A stretch of 64,000 nucleotides of DNA from Acidobacteriota bacterium (GTDB lineage Bacteria; Acidobacteriota; UBA6911; RPQK01; CBDEGM01). Location of the stretch: contig CBDEGM010000003.1 in assembly GCA_965237715.1 (NCBI GenBank), positions 519,913-583,912 of the forward strand, in the 5' to 3' direction. The notes beneath the pieces are model-generated. The model worked only from the letters and a program-made list of their open reading frames with translations. It made no database searches and had not been told where the DNA came from. Positions within the stretch are counted from its first letter, which is position 1. Each line of letters opens with the position of its first letter. The translations under genes were made by a program, and so were the position numbers. Positions 1 to 9,578 of the stretch are shown in pieces.

Positions 1-602
1 CAGCGGAAAGATGACGAGAGAATGCTTGACGCAAGGTTGGAGGGCTGATAGGTTCTGATCATCCATCACGAAGAAGCTAGGCGAACTCGGATCTGGGGTT
101 AATATGAGGAATGTCGATTAAAGGGTGTCGGTATCTTGCGCAGCTGCAAAAACGGCTGAGAGAAACCGTCGCAGAAAAACCGAGAGTGGCCTTGTCGTTC
201 CTTCGCACAGTGCCCAGCTTCGTTTTTGTATTAACTTCTTTGGGTGTATATTTAATGTGTCAGTGCCCGACCATAGGCGTCCGGCATGGGTTTTGCACTT
301 AAGAAAACGCTAAAACATGATGGAGCAGGGTGTGGAGATCGAGCTGCCCAGGAAGAAAAAGCCGGCAATCGATATACATGCCCGGGTTATCGCTGTGGGT
401 TAACCCCATGGACGTTCGTGTTTTGGGTGGGTGTGCGCCTAACAGCAAGGTGGCAGATCGCTTTGACACTGTCTCGTCGACCTCGGCTACCACGTTTACA
501 CGGTGCTGGATGGTGGTCCCTGGACCCATCCGGGAAACAAGACGTGACAGTCGCCCTGATACCGAGTGGCCAGAGTATTCCCCTGCCCACGGAGCCTTGA
601 CC

Positions 603-1598
603 ATGAGGGCACGAAAATCAGGATCAACTTACCGCGCAAAATCGTCCAAGGAACGAGGCATTGTTTTGCTGGTCTCCATTTTGGCCTTGCTCCTACTCAC
701 CTTGCTGGGCCTGGCTCTCACCACCATGGGGATTGTCGCCACCAACGCCTGGGAGAACAGCGAAGCCTTCTATATTGCGGACTCGGGGATCACCCACGCC
801 AAAGCCCTCATCTTTGATTCGGCCACAGACCCAGACGTTTTTCTTCAGGCGGGAAATGGCATCGCCTGCGACGGTGACGAGTTGAGCGGCGTGGCGGTGG
901 GCCCCATTACCTCGATTGCAGCCGGAGGCCATCCCTTCCCCCCGGGAGGCCGCTATGAAGTCCAGGTCTGTGATGATGACGAGTCGAATTTAAATCCTCC
1001 CGACTTCGATCCCAACACCGATATCAACGGGCGCTTCCGGGTACTCTCGACAGGCTTCGGGCGTAACGGTTCGGTAGCTGCATTGGAGCTGATCGTGGGC
1101 AGCAACGCCGCGCCCGCCATTCTGGTGGAAGGGAATCTGCGCATCAACGGGAATCCCAAGATCCAGGGGCAGAACGGAGCAGCCCAGGCCAATGGGCAAC
1201 TGGAGCTCAACGGGAACCCGAAAGCAGAGCAGGCGTTCAATGCCGGCGGCGCTGCGACCATCTCAGGGGGCCCCAAGACCGGACCGCCTCCTGACTACGA
1301 CGACGATCCTGCTGATATCAATTCGGGAGAAGAAGCCGTCGAGGCTCCGGACCTTGAGCCCCAGGACCTTCGGCCTTCTGCCGATTCCATTCTGGGAAGT
1401 GATGGGCTCATCAGAGACCAATCTGGAGCGGTGATTGGGAACGCCACAGGCGGACCCTGGAAGAGATGGTCCTGGGATCCGGGGGGACAACGCTGGGTGG
1501 CCGGCAACGATATCCCCCAAGGCACCTACTATGCGGAAGGGAATATCGATTTAGACGCTTCGGGCTCCGCTCCCTCTTCAGGTTCGATGCTTCCATAG
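603..1598 (+). CDS. PilX-like type IV pilus minor pilin/pseudopilin (PilX_N domain) protein
   Basis: ATG at 603 inside the 330..1598 ORF. N-terminus is short basic segment, hydrophobic helix, then ...ATNAWENSEAFYIADSGI, which is typical of PilX N-terminal domains. Gly/Asn-rich secreted C-terminus. Confidence 0.55.
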   Translation: MRARKSGSTYRAKSSKERGIVLLVSILALLLLTLLGLALTTMGIVATNAWENSEAFYIADSGITHAKALIFDSATDPDVFLQAGNGIACDGDELSGVAVGPITSIAAGGHPFPPGGRYEVQVCDDDESNLNPPDFDPNTDINGRFRVLSTGFGRNGSVAALELIVGSNAAPAILVEGNLRINGNPKIQGQNGAAQANGQLELNGNPKAEQAFNAGGAATISGGPKTGPPPDYDDDPADINSGEEAVEAPDLEPQDLRPSADSILGSDGLIRDQSGAVIGNATGGPWKRWSWDPGGQRWVAGNDIPQGTYYAEGNIDLDASGSAPSSGSMLP

Positions 1599-1830
1599 CG
1601 GAATCCTCCGCGGATTCCGCTGCCAAAAAGTCCAAACCATGCTATCAGCAGCCGGATTCAGCTCCCGCTACCCGAGCGCGTAGCCGGGATCGATGTTCTG
1701 AAAGAAAAGAAGAATCTGGTGGATATCAACTGAAAGTAATTGGTCATGAAAAAGGGGACAGTCTACTGTGTCCCTTCGGGGGGAAGAGTTGGCAGTGGGA
1801 ACCAGATGTCCGAATGAGAAGAACGCCCCC

Positions 1831-2052
1831 TTATTCCTGGCACATGCCTCGCCGAGGTGCCCCGCATGCGCCGCAAGGCCCACTTTCGTCGGAAAAGGCC
1901 TTAGGCGAACCGCCCGCGACAGCAAAGGTCGACAATAGCCTTTCCGCCTCGGGACTCTGGCAGTTGGGGCACTCCACCCCGTCAGAATTAGGGAAGACGA
2001 TTTTCTCAAACCGGGCGTCACAGCTCGTGCAGCGATATTCGAAGATCGGCAT
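1831..2052 (-). CDS. FmdB-family zinc-ribbon regulatory protein
   Basis: Internal start MPIFEYRCTSCDARFE...CPNC is the classic FmdB CxxC...CxxC zinc-ribbon signature. ATG confirmed at 2050-2052 (reverse complement). Confidence 0.7.
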   Translation of the reverse strand: MPIFEYRCTSCDARFEKIVFPNSDGVECPNCQSPEAERLLSTFAVAGGSPKAFSDESGPCGACGAPRRGMCQE

Positions 2053-2091
2053 GGCTATATTATACAAGGGATATTATCCTAGTACTCGCTT

Positions 2092-2824
2092 ATGTCTCAG
2101 CCTTTTCTTTCTCTCATAATAATCCTTCCCCTGGCTCTTCCTCCGCCAAGCTTCACTGACTAGCTGTGGGAGGAGAATCGGGATATCTACGCGGAGATCC
2201 TGGGACATCCTTTCCTAGAGGGGTTGGTTGAGGGCAGCCTGAAGCGCGACGTGTTTGCTTTCTATTATGATTCAGGACGCCCACTATCTGCGCGAGTTTG
2301 CCAGGGCTCTCAGTGTCACAGCCGCGAAGGCGCCCCGAGAAGAATGGGCTGCACTGCTCAATACGCACGCGGCAGACACTCTCCGCTACGAAAGAGAGCT
2401 GCACGAAAGCGTCTTCAAAGAATATAGCATCACTCCCAGCAATGTGATGCACACGGAACCTGCGCCTGAGGCCTTTGCTTATACCAACTTCTTGGTCGCA
2501 ACCGCCCACAGCCGCCCTTTTTCCGAATCGATGGGAGCACTTCTCCCCTGTTACTGGATTTACTGGGAGGTGGGAAAGGAGCTGAAAAAGCGGGGATCCA
2601 AGAATCCAATCTATCAAAAATGGATCGACGCTTATTCCTCGCAAGACTATGGGGCGACCGTCAAGGCCATCTTGAACATCGCGAATGAGGTAGCCGTCAC
2701 TGCCGGTGCCGCCGAGGTCCAGAAGATGAGGGAGCACTTTCGCCGCAGTGCTCGTTACGAGTGGATGTTCTGGGACTCTGCTTATCATCGACGTCGCTGG
2801 CTACCGGGTACAGCGAAGGAATGA
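2092..2824 (+). pseudogene. tenA: thiaminase II / aminopyrimidine aminohydrolase TenA, disrupted (in-frame TAG at 2161 plus a frameshift near 2265)
   Basis: Frame 1 reads MSQPF..SFTD*LWEENRDIYAEILGHPFLEGLVEGSLKRDVFAFYY. It then shifts to the 2255..2824 frame (M)IQDAHYL...CYWIYWEVGKEL...WMFWD. Together these match the TenA/PqqC family end to end. Confidence 0.6.
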
Positions 2825-3558
2825 TTCGCCGGGCGAAGGGCTCTGACGGAGTGGGTCGTGAAGCGGATGTGCGCTTGGATGGTTTTCGCCCCGAGTTTCT
2901 CGACTTTCAACGCGGAATTCGAGTCGGTCGTCTGGAACCTCATCAGCGAATCACTCAAATCCTGAAGCGATCTTTGGAGAGCAGGTACCAGCAGCCTTTT
3001 GTGACCGACCGATGGGGACGTGGAGTCTACTGGCAATGGATCTGCTTCCTCCCCAAGGCCAACCGCTCAGCGAAGCCACTTTCCAGTCACGTCAACTTTG
3101 GGTGCTCCAAATTCTTCATCATGATCGATCGCGAGGAAGAGGTGTTCCAGTCTGGAACGCAGGTGGAGCGAGGTTTTGTCAGGGCACCCAAAGGATACCA
3201 ATCCTGCCAACTGTGCGAAGACTGGGATTGGCAGCGATTGATCCGCTCGCTGAAGGGAAAATCCACTCTTTATGAGGAAGTTCGCGGACTCGTGATGCAG
3301 GAAGGCTTCCGCCTGCATTCCGGAGCCTGGGAAGCCGCCAACGAATACTCGCGCTCGAATTTCCCTTCACGAAACCGACTCCTGCGGGTATTGAGGGAGG
3401 TCCCTGACCGCGAATGGAGCGGCTTTCAGGTTTACTATCCGATGAGGGCAAGCGAGGTGCAACACTCCACAGGCCCGGATCTGGTAGAAGCGATGCTCGC
3501 CGTATTTGAAGAGGTCAGGCCACTCATGAACCAATCCATGCAAATCGATCTCATTTGA
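2821..3558 (+). CDS. hypothetical protein
   Basis: Long ORF 2761..3558 with no recognisable motif. Start set to the first ATG after the tenA remnant; start is uncertain. Confidence 0.3.
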   Translation: MIRRAKGSDGVGREADVRLDGFRPEFLDFQRGIRVGRLEPHQRITQILKRSLESRYQQPFVTDRWGRGVYWQWICFLPKANRSAKPLSSHVNFGCSKFFIMIDREEEVFQSGTQVERGFVRAPKGYQSCQLCEDWDWQRLIRSLKGKSTLYEEVRGLVMQEGFRLHSGAWEAANEYSRSNFPSRNRLLRVLREVPDREWSGFQVYYPMRASEVQHSTGPDLVEAMLAVFEEVRPLMNQSMQIDLI

Positions 3559-3566
3559 TCCGTTCT

Positions 3567-4841
3567 TTATTCGGTCAGCTCCCGAAGTGGAGGTCCCTGG
3601 TAAACCTGGCGAGGCCGCGCGATTTTCTGCTCTGAGTCGAGAATCATCTCCTGCCACTGAGCCAGCCATCCCGAAGTTCGAGCGACAGCAAAGAGCACGG
3701 TGAACATAGTAGAGGGAAAACCCATCGCCTCGTATATTAATCCGGAGTAAAAGTCCACATTGGGGTAAAGTCTTCGGCTGACAAAGTAGTCATCCTGCAG
3801 AGCAATCCTTTCCAACTCCAGGGCGACCTCGAGCAAAGGGTTAGTTCCAGTCACTTCAAAGACTTCATCCGCCAGGCGCTTAATGATCCTGGCTCGAGGG
3901 TCGTAATTCTTATAAACGCGATGGCCAAAGCCCATCAGGCGTACTTCTCCTGCTTTTACGCCCTTGATGTGCTTGGGGACCCGATCCTTGGAACCAATCT
4001 GCTGCAACATGCGCAGCACCGCCTCGTTGGCTCCTCCGTGAAGCGGACCGTAAAGGGCACCGATGGCAGCTGCAGCCGCGCAGTAAGGGTCCGCCAGCGA
4101 GCTTCCCACGCTGCGCATGGCACTGGTACTGCAGTTTTGCTCATGGTCAGCGTGCAGGACAAAGAGGACGTCGAGGGCTCGCTCCAAAACCGAATTCACC
4201 GGAGATTCCTTCCCGCCCTCCTGAAACATCATATTGAGGAAGTTAGCGGCATAGGAAAGTGTCTGATCCGGTTCAGCATGAGGAAGACCCCTGCTGTGAC
4301 GACAGACATTGGCCGCGACCCCCGGCATGTGGGCAATCAGCCGATGGATCTGCAGATGCCTGTTCTCCTTCTCTTTTACTCTCTTGGCATCTGGGTAGAC
4401 GGTAGACAGCGCAGCCACAGCGCTGATTACCATTCCCATAGGGTGCGCGCCACGCGCAAAGGCATCGATCAGTTTCTTCACTTCTTCAGGGAGAGGGGCT
4501 CGCTCGGCGATTGTGGAAGTCCACTCCGCGTACTGGGCGTCAGTGGGCAGCTCACCGAAGAGAAGGAGATACGCTGTCTGGAGATACGTGCATCTTTCCG
4601 CCAGCTGCTCAATGGGATAGCCTCGATAACGAAGGATTCCTCTTTCACCGTCGATCTCTGTGATGCGGCTGCTACAGCTGGCGGTATTCGAGAAGGCAGG
4701 ATCGTAACCCATCATCCCGAAGTCGTCATCCGATAATTTGATCTGGCGCAGGTCCGCAGTGCGAATGGTGCCGTCGGTAACCGGAATCTCGTACTCTTTG
4801 CCCGAGCGATTATCAGTGATGGACAAGGTATTCTGCGGCAT
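3567..4841 (-). CDS. gltA: citrate synthase
   Basis: MGFGHRVYKNYDPRA citrate synthase signature. N-terminus MPQNTLSITDNRSGKEYEIPV. ATG at 4841 (reverse complement) confirmed in sequence. Confidence 0.9.
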   Translation of the reverse strand: MPQNTLSITDNRSGKEYEIPVTDGTIRTADLRQIKLSDDDFGMMGYDPAFSNTASCSSRITEIDGERGILRYRGYPIEQLAERCTYLQTAYLLLFGELPTDAQYAEWTSTIAERAPLPEEVKKLIDAFARGAHPMGMVISAVAALSTVYPDAKRVKEKENRHLQIHRLIAHMPGVAANVCRHSRGLPHAEPDQTLSYAANFLNMMFQEGGKESPVNSVLERALDVLFVLHADHEQNCSTSAMRSVGSSLADPYCAAAAAIGALYGPLHGGANEAVLRMLQQIGSKDRVPKHIKGVKAGEVRLMGFGHRVYKNYDPRARIIKRLADEVFEVTGTNPLLEVALELERIALQDDYFVSRRLYPNVDFYSGLIYEAMGFPSTMFTVLFAVARTSGWLAQWQEMILDSEQKIARPRQVYQGPPLRELTE

Positions 4842-5091
4842 TCTTCTCTCTGTGATCGAGCTGATCGCTGGACCGAAGCCCGTAACCCGCATTTGTCAGA
4901 CCCGATCTCTTGACTGCGTTGGGCTCCGTCGCTTCCCCGACGTACTGTTTCATTACGCCTTTCGAGGGCGTGAGCTCGTCAGGACAGTATCTGCGCCACC
5001 TCGCACAGCCCCACGGCGAGAAAGGTGGGTTCAAGAAGCTCAATGATAGCCAACTATTCTGGGAAACTCAATTGCGTGCTAGAGTTTTCTC

Positions 5092-5634
5092 ATGCGGAAG
5101 ATCGCTTTGGTCCTTCTCTGGTGGATCCTCGCCGGGCAGCTCGAGGCGGGAAGGACTCTGAGAATTCACACAAATACTTTTTCCTTCCTGGTGACCGAGC
5201 CGGAAGGCTGGATAATCGACGCTCGGTCCGCAGTTCAAATTGCCAGTTTGGTCATGCACAAGAGAGGAACAACGTGGAGAGAAGCTGAAGTCGTCGTGTT
5301 CGCACGCTTCATCGAAAAGGCAGAGGGCGAGACCCTGGCTGACTTCGGCAAGTCACACCTGGATCACCTTGCAGAACGATGTCCACCATTGAAGATCGGT
5401 GATCTAACGCTGAAGCTGGCCGGCAAACGGAAATTTCTGACCAAGGCCTATGGCTGTCCAGAGGGCAGAAACGAAGTGGTCGCCTTCACTGAGCTCCCCG
5501 GGGTTTTTGGCGTTTTCATCCTCTCCTCCCGAGACCAGAGTGTCATTCGCTCGGCCCTGGGGCCCTTCCAAGAAATGCTGCTGTCGTTCCGGTGGCTAGG
5601 TGAAGAGGACGGTCCCGCCCTCGCTAGCCCTTAA
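5092..5634 (+). CDS. hypothetical secreted protein (N-terminal signal peptide)
   Basis: MRKIALVLLWWILAGQLEA signal-like N-terminus. No recognised domain. Confidence 0.45.
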   Translation: MRKIALVLLWWILAGQLEAGRTLRIHTNTFSFLVTEPEGWIIDARSAVQIASLVMHKRGTTWREAEVVVFARFIEKAEGETLADFGKSHLDHLAERCPPLKIGDLTLKLAGKRKFLTKAYGCPEGRNEVVAFTELPGVFGVFILSSRDQSVIRSALGPFQEMLLSFRWLGEEDGPALASP

Positions 5635-5751
5635 TTGCCGAAGTTCGACTTATACGGCAAGAAGCACGAAATCCAAAGAATCCGCATCAGCCAAGAGCTC
5701 GCAGCGAGGACTTTACGAGCATCGATTCTTGCGTGTATGCTGCCACCCATT

Positions 5752-7143
5752 ATGCGGATTCTGATCTTGGGCGGAGGGCAAGTGGGGACACTGGTTGCCC
5801 GTCGCTTGATTCGGGAGAAAAATGAAGTGGTGATTGTGGAAAGCAACGAGGAGCGCTGTGCCGACCTGGAAGAAATCCTCGATGCCAAGATTGTTCAGGG
5901 CAAAGCCAGCAGCATCACGACACTGGAGAAAGTGGGTCTGCGCCACGCCGAGATGCTCATAGCCGTCACCCGCAGCGACGAGGCGAATATCTTAGGCTGC
6001 CTCATTGCCCAGGCTCACTCCAATGTGAAGATCAAGGTGGCACGCCTGCGCACCCATGAGGTCGACCGTTGGAGAGAAATTTGTAGGAATCGTGTTTTGA
6101 ACATCGATCTCGTGATCCATCCCGACAGCGAGACTGCTCAGCGTATTCTGGGGGTGCTGGGTTTACCGGGGATCTCGGATATCGTTGAGTTTGCTGAGGG
6201 ACGAGTCAAGCTTTTCGGAATGAACATCGACGACGACAGCTGGGTGCTCGACAAGAGTATGTCGGAGCTGGACCATTCCAGTCCTCCCAAAAACTCGCTG
6301 ATGGCAATTCTTTTTCGCGGCCATCGAGCGATCATTCCGCGAAGCAACGACCGGCTGCGCGCCGGAGACCACGTCTACATTGTCGTGCCCAGTGCGGAAC
6401 TGGACGAGTGCCTGAGATTCATGGGCGTTCCCAAACCTCAGAAGGTGGAGCGAGTGTTTATTCTGGGTGGAAAGCAGCTCGGCATCGAGATCGCCCTGCA
6501 GTTGGAGAAGAAGGGAGTCCAGGTCAAAGTTTTTGAGCGAGATTTTGTCCGCTGTCAGATGATCTCGGGTCTGCTCCAGAACACCGTCGTTCTTCACGCT
6601 GACGGAACAGACCAGCGTGTTCTGGAGGAGGAAAACATCGAAGGAATTGACGCCTATCTGGCTTTGACCGGAGACGACGAAGACAATATTATCGCCTCCC
6701 TCCTGGCCAAGCGGTTGGGAGCTCGTAAGGCCGTGGCCCTTGTCAACCGACTGAACTACCTCTCCATGGCGCAACTGTTGGGAATCAATTCCACCTTCAG
6801 TACCCGCTCCACCGTAGTGGACCGGATCTTGCAGTTTGTGCGAAAAGGACACGTGCTTTCCGTGACTACCTTCCGAGAGGAAGAAGTCGAAGCCATTGAA
6901 TTGGTTGCGACACCCGGCGCGAAATACGTGGGAAAGAAGTTGAAAGATGTCCACCTTCCCCACGGAGCCATCGTGGGAGCTATCGCTCGACCTTCCGGGG
7001 AAGAGATCGTCCCCCGTGGCGAAGTCGTGATCCAGGCCGGCGACCGGGTCATTTTCGTGTGCTTGGAAAACCTGGTTGCCCAACTGGAGTCGGTCTTCAT
7101 TGGCGAACCCCACGAGGTTGCGGGTAAGAGAGAAAAAGTGTGA
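5752..7143 (+). CDS. trkA: Trk potassium uptake system NAD-binding protein TrkA (tandem RCK domains)
   Basis: MRILILGGGQVGTLVARRL Rossmann motif, then a second RCK_N (VFILGGKQLGIEIA) and RCK_C domains. ATG at 5752. Confidence 0.85.
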   Translation: MRILILGGGQVGTLVARRLIREKNEVVIVESNEERCADLEEILDAKIVQGKASSITTLEKVGLRHAEMLIAVTRSDEANILGCLIAQAHSNVKIKVARLRTHEVDRWREICRNRVLNIDLVIHPDSETAQRILGVLGLPGISDIVEFAEGRVKLFGMNIDDDSWVLDKSMSELDHSSPPKNSLMAILFRGHRAIIPRSNDRLRAGDHVYIVVPSAELDECLRFMGVPKPQKVERVFILGGKQLGIEIALQLEKKGVQVKVFERDFVRCQMISGLLQNTVVLHADGTDQRVLEEENIEGIDAYLALTGDDEDNIIASLLAKRLGARKAVALVNRLNYLSMAQLLGINSTFSTRSTVVDRILQFVRKGHVLSVTTFREEEVEAIELVATPGAKYVGKKLKDVHLPHGAIVGAIARPSGEEIVPRGEVVIQAGDRVIFVCLENLVAQLESVFIGEPHEVAGKREKV

Positions 7144-8591
7144 CCCACTGGTTCGGCTTCCTGCGCTTGCTGGGATTCTTGATCCTCTTTCTTGCCCTCG
7201 CACTGAGCCTCCCCCTGCTTATCGCTTTTATCCTCGGTGATAGTGGATTCAGTTCCCTGCTCAAGGCAACGCTGACCACTGCAGGTCTCGGATTCTTTCT
7301 TTTCTGGATTTTTCAAACACCTCCTCATGAATTGACACGGCGGGAGGGAATTCTACTGGTGGTGGCTTGCTGGCTCTCAGCCAGTCTTCTAGGGGCACTC
7401 CCCTTCCATTTCTCCCCCTATTTCCCAAGCTTTACAGACGCGTTTTTTGAATCGATCTCCGGATTTACGACCACCGGAGCTTCGGTACTTGCCAGCGTGG
7501 AAGCGCTTCCCAAGAGCTTGCTCTTGTGGCGCTCTTTCACCCAGTGGCTGGGAGGCATGGGGATTATCTTGCTGGGAATTGTGATTCTTCCCTTAATTGG
7601 GGTGGGAGGTACCCAGCTCTATCGAGCGGAGTTCTCCGGTGCTCGTTCCGAGAAGCTCAGACCGCGGATTGCCGAAACAGCGATCGCTCTGTGGAAAATC
7701 TACGCTGCCTTTACCGTGGCAGGATATTTGGCCTTGCGTTGGGCGGGGATGGGCCCCTTCGATGCCGTCTGCCATACCCTCACCACCATGGCAACGGGAG
7801 GCTTTTCCACTCGAAACGAGAGCATCGAAGCTTTTGCCAGTCCCCACGTCGAGATGGTCATTGTGTTTTTCATGATCCTGGCCGGAATTAACTTTACCCG
7901 CCATTATCGTTTTCTGGTGGAGCGCCAGCCGGCCGGGTTTTTCGGCGACTTGGAGCTTCGTGTGTATGGTGTCATTCTTGCCGCAGCTACTCTGGTCATC
8001 ACGCTGTCGATTTTTCAGTCGTCCTCAGATCCCTTCTGGGAAGGTACACGAAAGGCACTCTTCCAGGTCGTCTCGATTACGACCACAACGGGCTTCGCTT
8101 CCACCGATTTCGAGCAGTGGAGTTCCTTCGCCCAACTGCTGCTGTTGGCCCTCATGTTCGCTGGAGGGTGCACCGGCTCCACCGCCGGCGGTCTCAAGAC
8201 GGCCCGGCTGGTGCTGCTCGCAAAGGTGGTGGGGCGCCAATTTAGACACATGGTGGAACCACGAGGCGTGTTTACCCTTCGGTTCAGTAATCAGACGGTC
8301 AGCGAAGTCTCGATCCAGAGTCTTCTGAATCTGATCTACCTTTCTTTTCTCGTCAATTTTGCCAGTTGTCTCCTGCTCACACTGGTGGGGATCGATATTC
8401 TGACGGCGATTTCCGCGGTGGCGGCCGCGATGTTCAATATTGGCCCGGGGCTCGGTGAGGTGGGCCCCACAGAAAATTATGGCCACCTCCCTGCCCTGGC
8501 GAAATGGGTTCTGAGCATCTGTATGCTGGCAGGACGACTTGAGTTCTACACCCTTTTTGTCCTCTTCACTCCCAGCTTTTGGAGAAAATGA
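7140..8591 (+). CDS. trkH: Trk/Ktr-family potassium transporter membrane subunit TrkH
   Basis: Multi-pass membrane protein with the TrkH-type repeated pore-loop pattern (GFTTTG, ...TTTGF...). GTG start overlaps the trkA stop, so the two are translationally coupled. Confidence 0.85.
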   Translation: MTHWFGFLRLLGFLILFLALALSLPLLIAFILGDSGFSSLLKATLTTAGLGFFLFWIFQTPPHELTRREGILLVVACWLSASLLGALPFHFSPYFPSFTDAFFESISGFTTTGASVLASVEALPKSLLLWRSFTQWLGGMGIILLGIVILPLIGVGGTQLYRAEFSGARSEKLRPRIAETAIALWKIYAAFTVAGYLALRWAGMGPFDAVCHTLTTMATGGFSTRNESIEAFASPHVEMVIVFFMILAGINFTRHYRFLVERQPAGFFGDLELRVYGVILAAATLVITLSIFQSSSDPFWEGTRKALFQVVSITTTTGFASTDFEQWSSFAQLLLLALMFAGGCTGSTAGGLKTARLVLLAKVVGRQFRHMVEPRGVFTLRFSNQTVSEVSIQSLLNLIYLSFLVNFASCLLLTLVGIDILTAISAVAAAMFNIGPGLGEVGPTENYGHLPALAKWVLSICMLAGRLEFYTLFVLFTPSFWRK

Positions 8592-8596
8592 AACTG

Positions 8597-8669
8597 CGGA
8601 TCACGCAGATCGTCACGGATTTTTGCAGATATGATCCGCGTCGATCTGTTCCGATCCGCGGATCCGCGG
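8597..8669. repeat. intergenic repeat family B copy 1 (GATCACGCrGATCGTCACGGAT..GCAGATAT.GATCCG.GTC.ATC)
   Basis: About 60 nt highly similar to 18095..18155. Both copies lie immediately 3' of a gene. Contains GATCCGCGGATC palindromes. Confidence 0.6.
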
Positions 8670-8765
8670 TCTCTGCTTTGACAGCAGTCAAATTCGGAAG
8701 GTATAATCCCTTTTCTCAACGACTTGTCGACTTTGTCGAACACTTCTTCTGAGGAGATACCTGTC

Positions 8766-9239
8766 TTGTACGCGATTATCAGAACGGGGGGCAAGCAGTG
8801 GCGGGTCAACCAGGGCGATGTGATTCGTGTGGAACGCCTCACTGGAGATGTGGGCAAACAGATACAATTCGAGGAAGTGATGTTCGTTGGAAATGAGAAT
8901 GAGATACGGGTTGGTACTCCGCTGGTCCCTGAAGCCCGCGTGGTGGGCACGATCACCCAGCAGGGGAAAGCAGCGAAGGTTCTGGTTTTTAAATACAAGC
9001 GGCGCAAGAAGTACCGGAGAACAAAAGGACATCGGCAGCTTTTTACCGAAGTCAGGATCGAGAAAATAGAACTCGCTGCACCCGCAGAGCGAAAAAGAAA
9101 GAAAGAGGCGACACCAAAGAAAGAGGTGAAGGCTGCGCCAAAGACGCCCATAAAAAAGAAAGAAGTCAAGAAAGCAGCAAAGGGACGGGTCGCAGAAGGA
9201 AAGATCAAGAAGGAAGCAGCTAAGAAACGCACCGAGTAA
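8766..9239 (+). CDS. rplU: 50S ribosomal protein L21 with Lys/Ala/Glu-rich C-terminal extension
   Basis: (TTG)YAIIRTGGKQWRVNQGDVIRVERL is canonical L21. About 60 extra residues of KKEVKAAPK-type basic tail follow. Confidence 0.85.
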   Translation: MYAIIRTGGKQWRVNQGDVIRVERLTGDVGKQIQFEEVMFVGNENEIRVGTPLVPEARVVGTITQQGKAAKVLVFKYKRRKKYRRTKGHRQLFTEVRIEKIELAAPAERKRKKEATPKKEVKAAPKTPIKKKEVKKAAKGRVAEGKIKKEAAKKRTE

Positions 9240-9284
9240 GACAAGGACCCCAAAGAAAAAGAGACAAGTCAAGGAATAGACTGC

Positions 9285-9548
9285 ATGGCGCATAAGAAAG
9301 GGTTAGGCAGTTCCCGAAATGGTCGCGACAGTCAGTCCAAGCGACTAGGAGTAAAGCGTTTCGACGGGCAATTCGTCACGGGCGGCGCCATTTTAGTGCG
9401 CCAGCGCGGTACGCGGATTCAGCCGGGTCTAAACGTCGGCCGGGGCAGTGACGACACACTCTTCGCCAAGATCGGCGGCATGGTCAAGTTCCAAAATCGA
9501 GGCCGGAGGGGCCGTTACGTTCACGTCCTGGCGGGCCAGGAAGTTTAG
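9285..9548 (+). CDS. rpmA: 50S ribosomal protein L27
   Basis: [31 protein letters not shown] is canonical L27. Confidence 0.9.
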   Translation: MAHKKGLGSSRNGRDSQSKRLGVKRFDGQFVTGGAILVRQRGTRIQPGLNVGRGSDDTLFAKIGGMVKFQNRGRRGRYVHVLAGQEV

Positions 9549-9578
9549 CCCGGACTATTCGGCGGCTTGCTCGGAGGG

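Noticed and set aside
1466-2119. 217-aa plus-strand ORF overlapping the FmdB gene
   Set aside because: No motif and Arg/Ser/Pro-rich. The opposite strand encodes a textbook FmdB zinc ribbon. Likely a GC-skew artefact.
8546-9293. Two long minus-strand ORFs (235 and 201 aa) antisense to rplU
   Set aside because: Low-complexity Ser/Phe/Leu-rich translations of the antisense of a Lys-codon-rich region. rplU on the plus strand is strongly supported.
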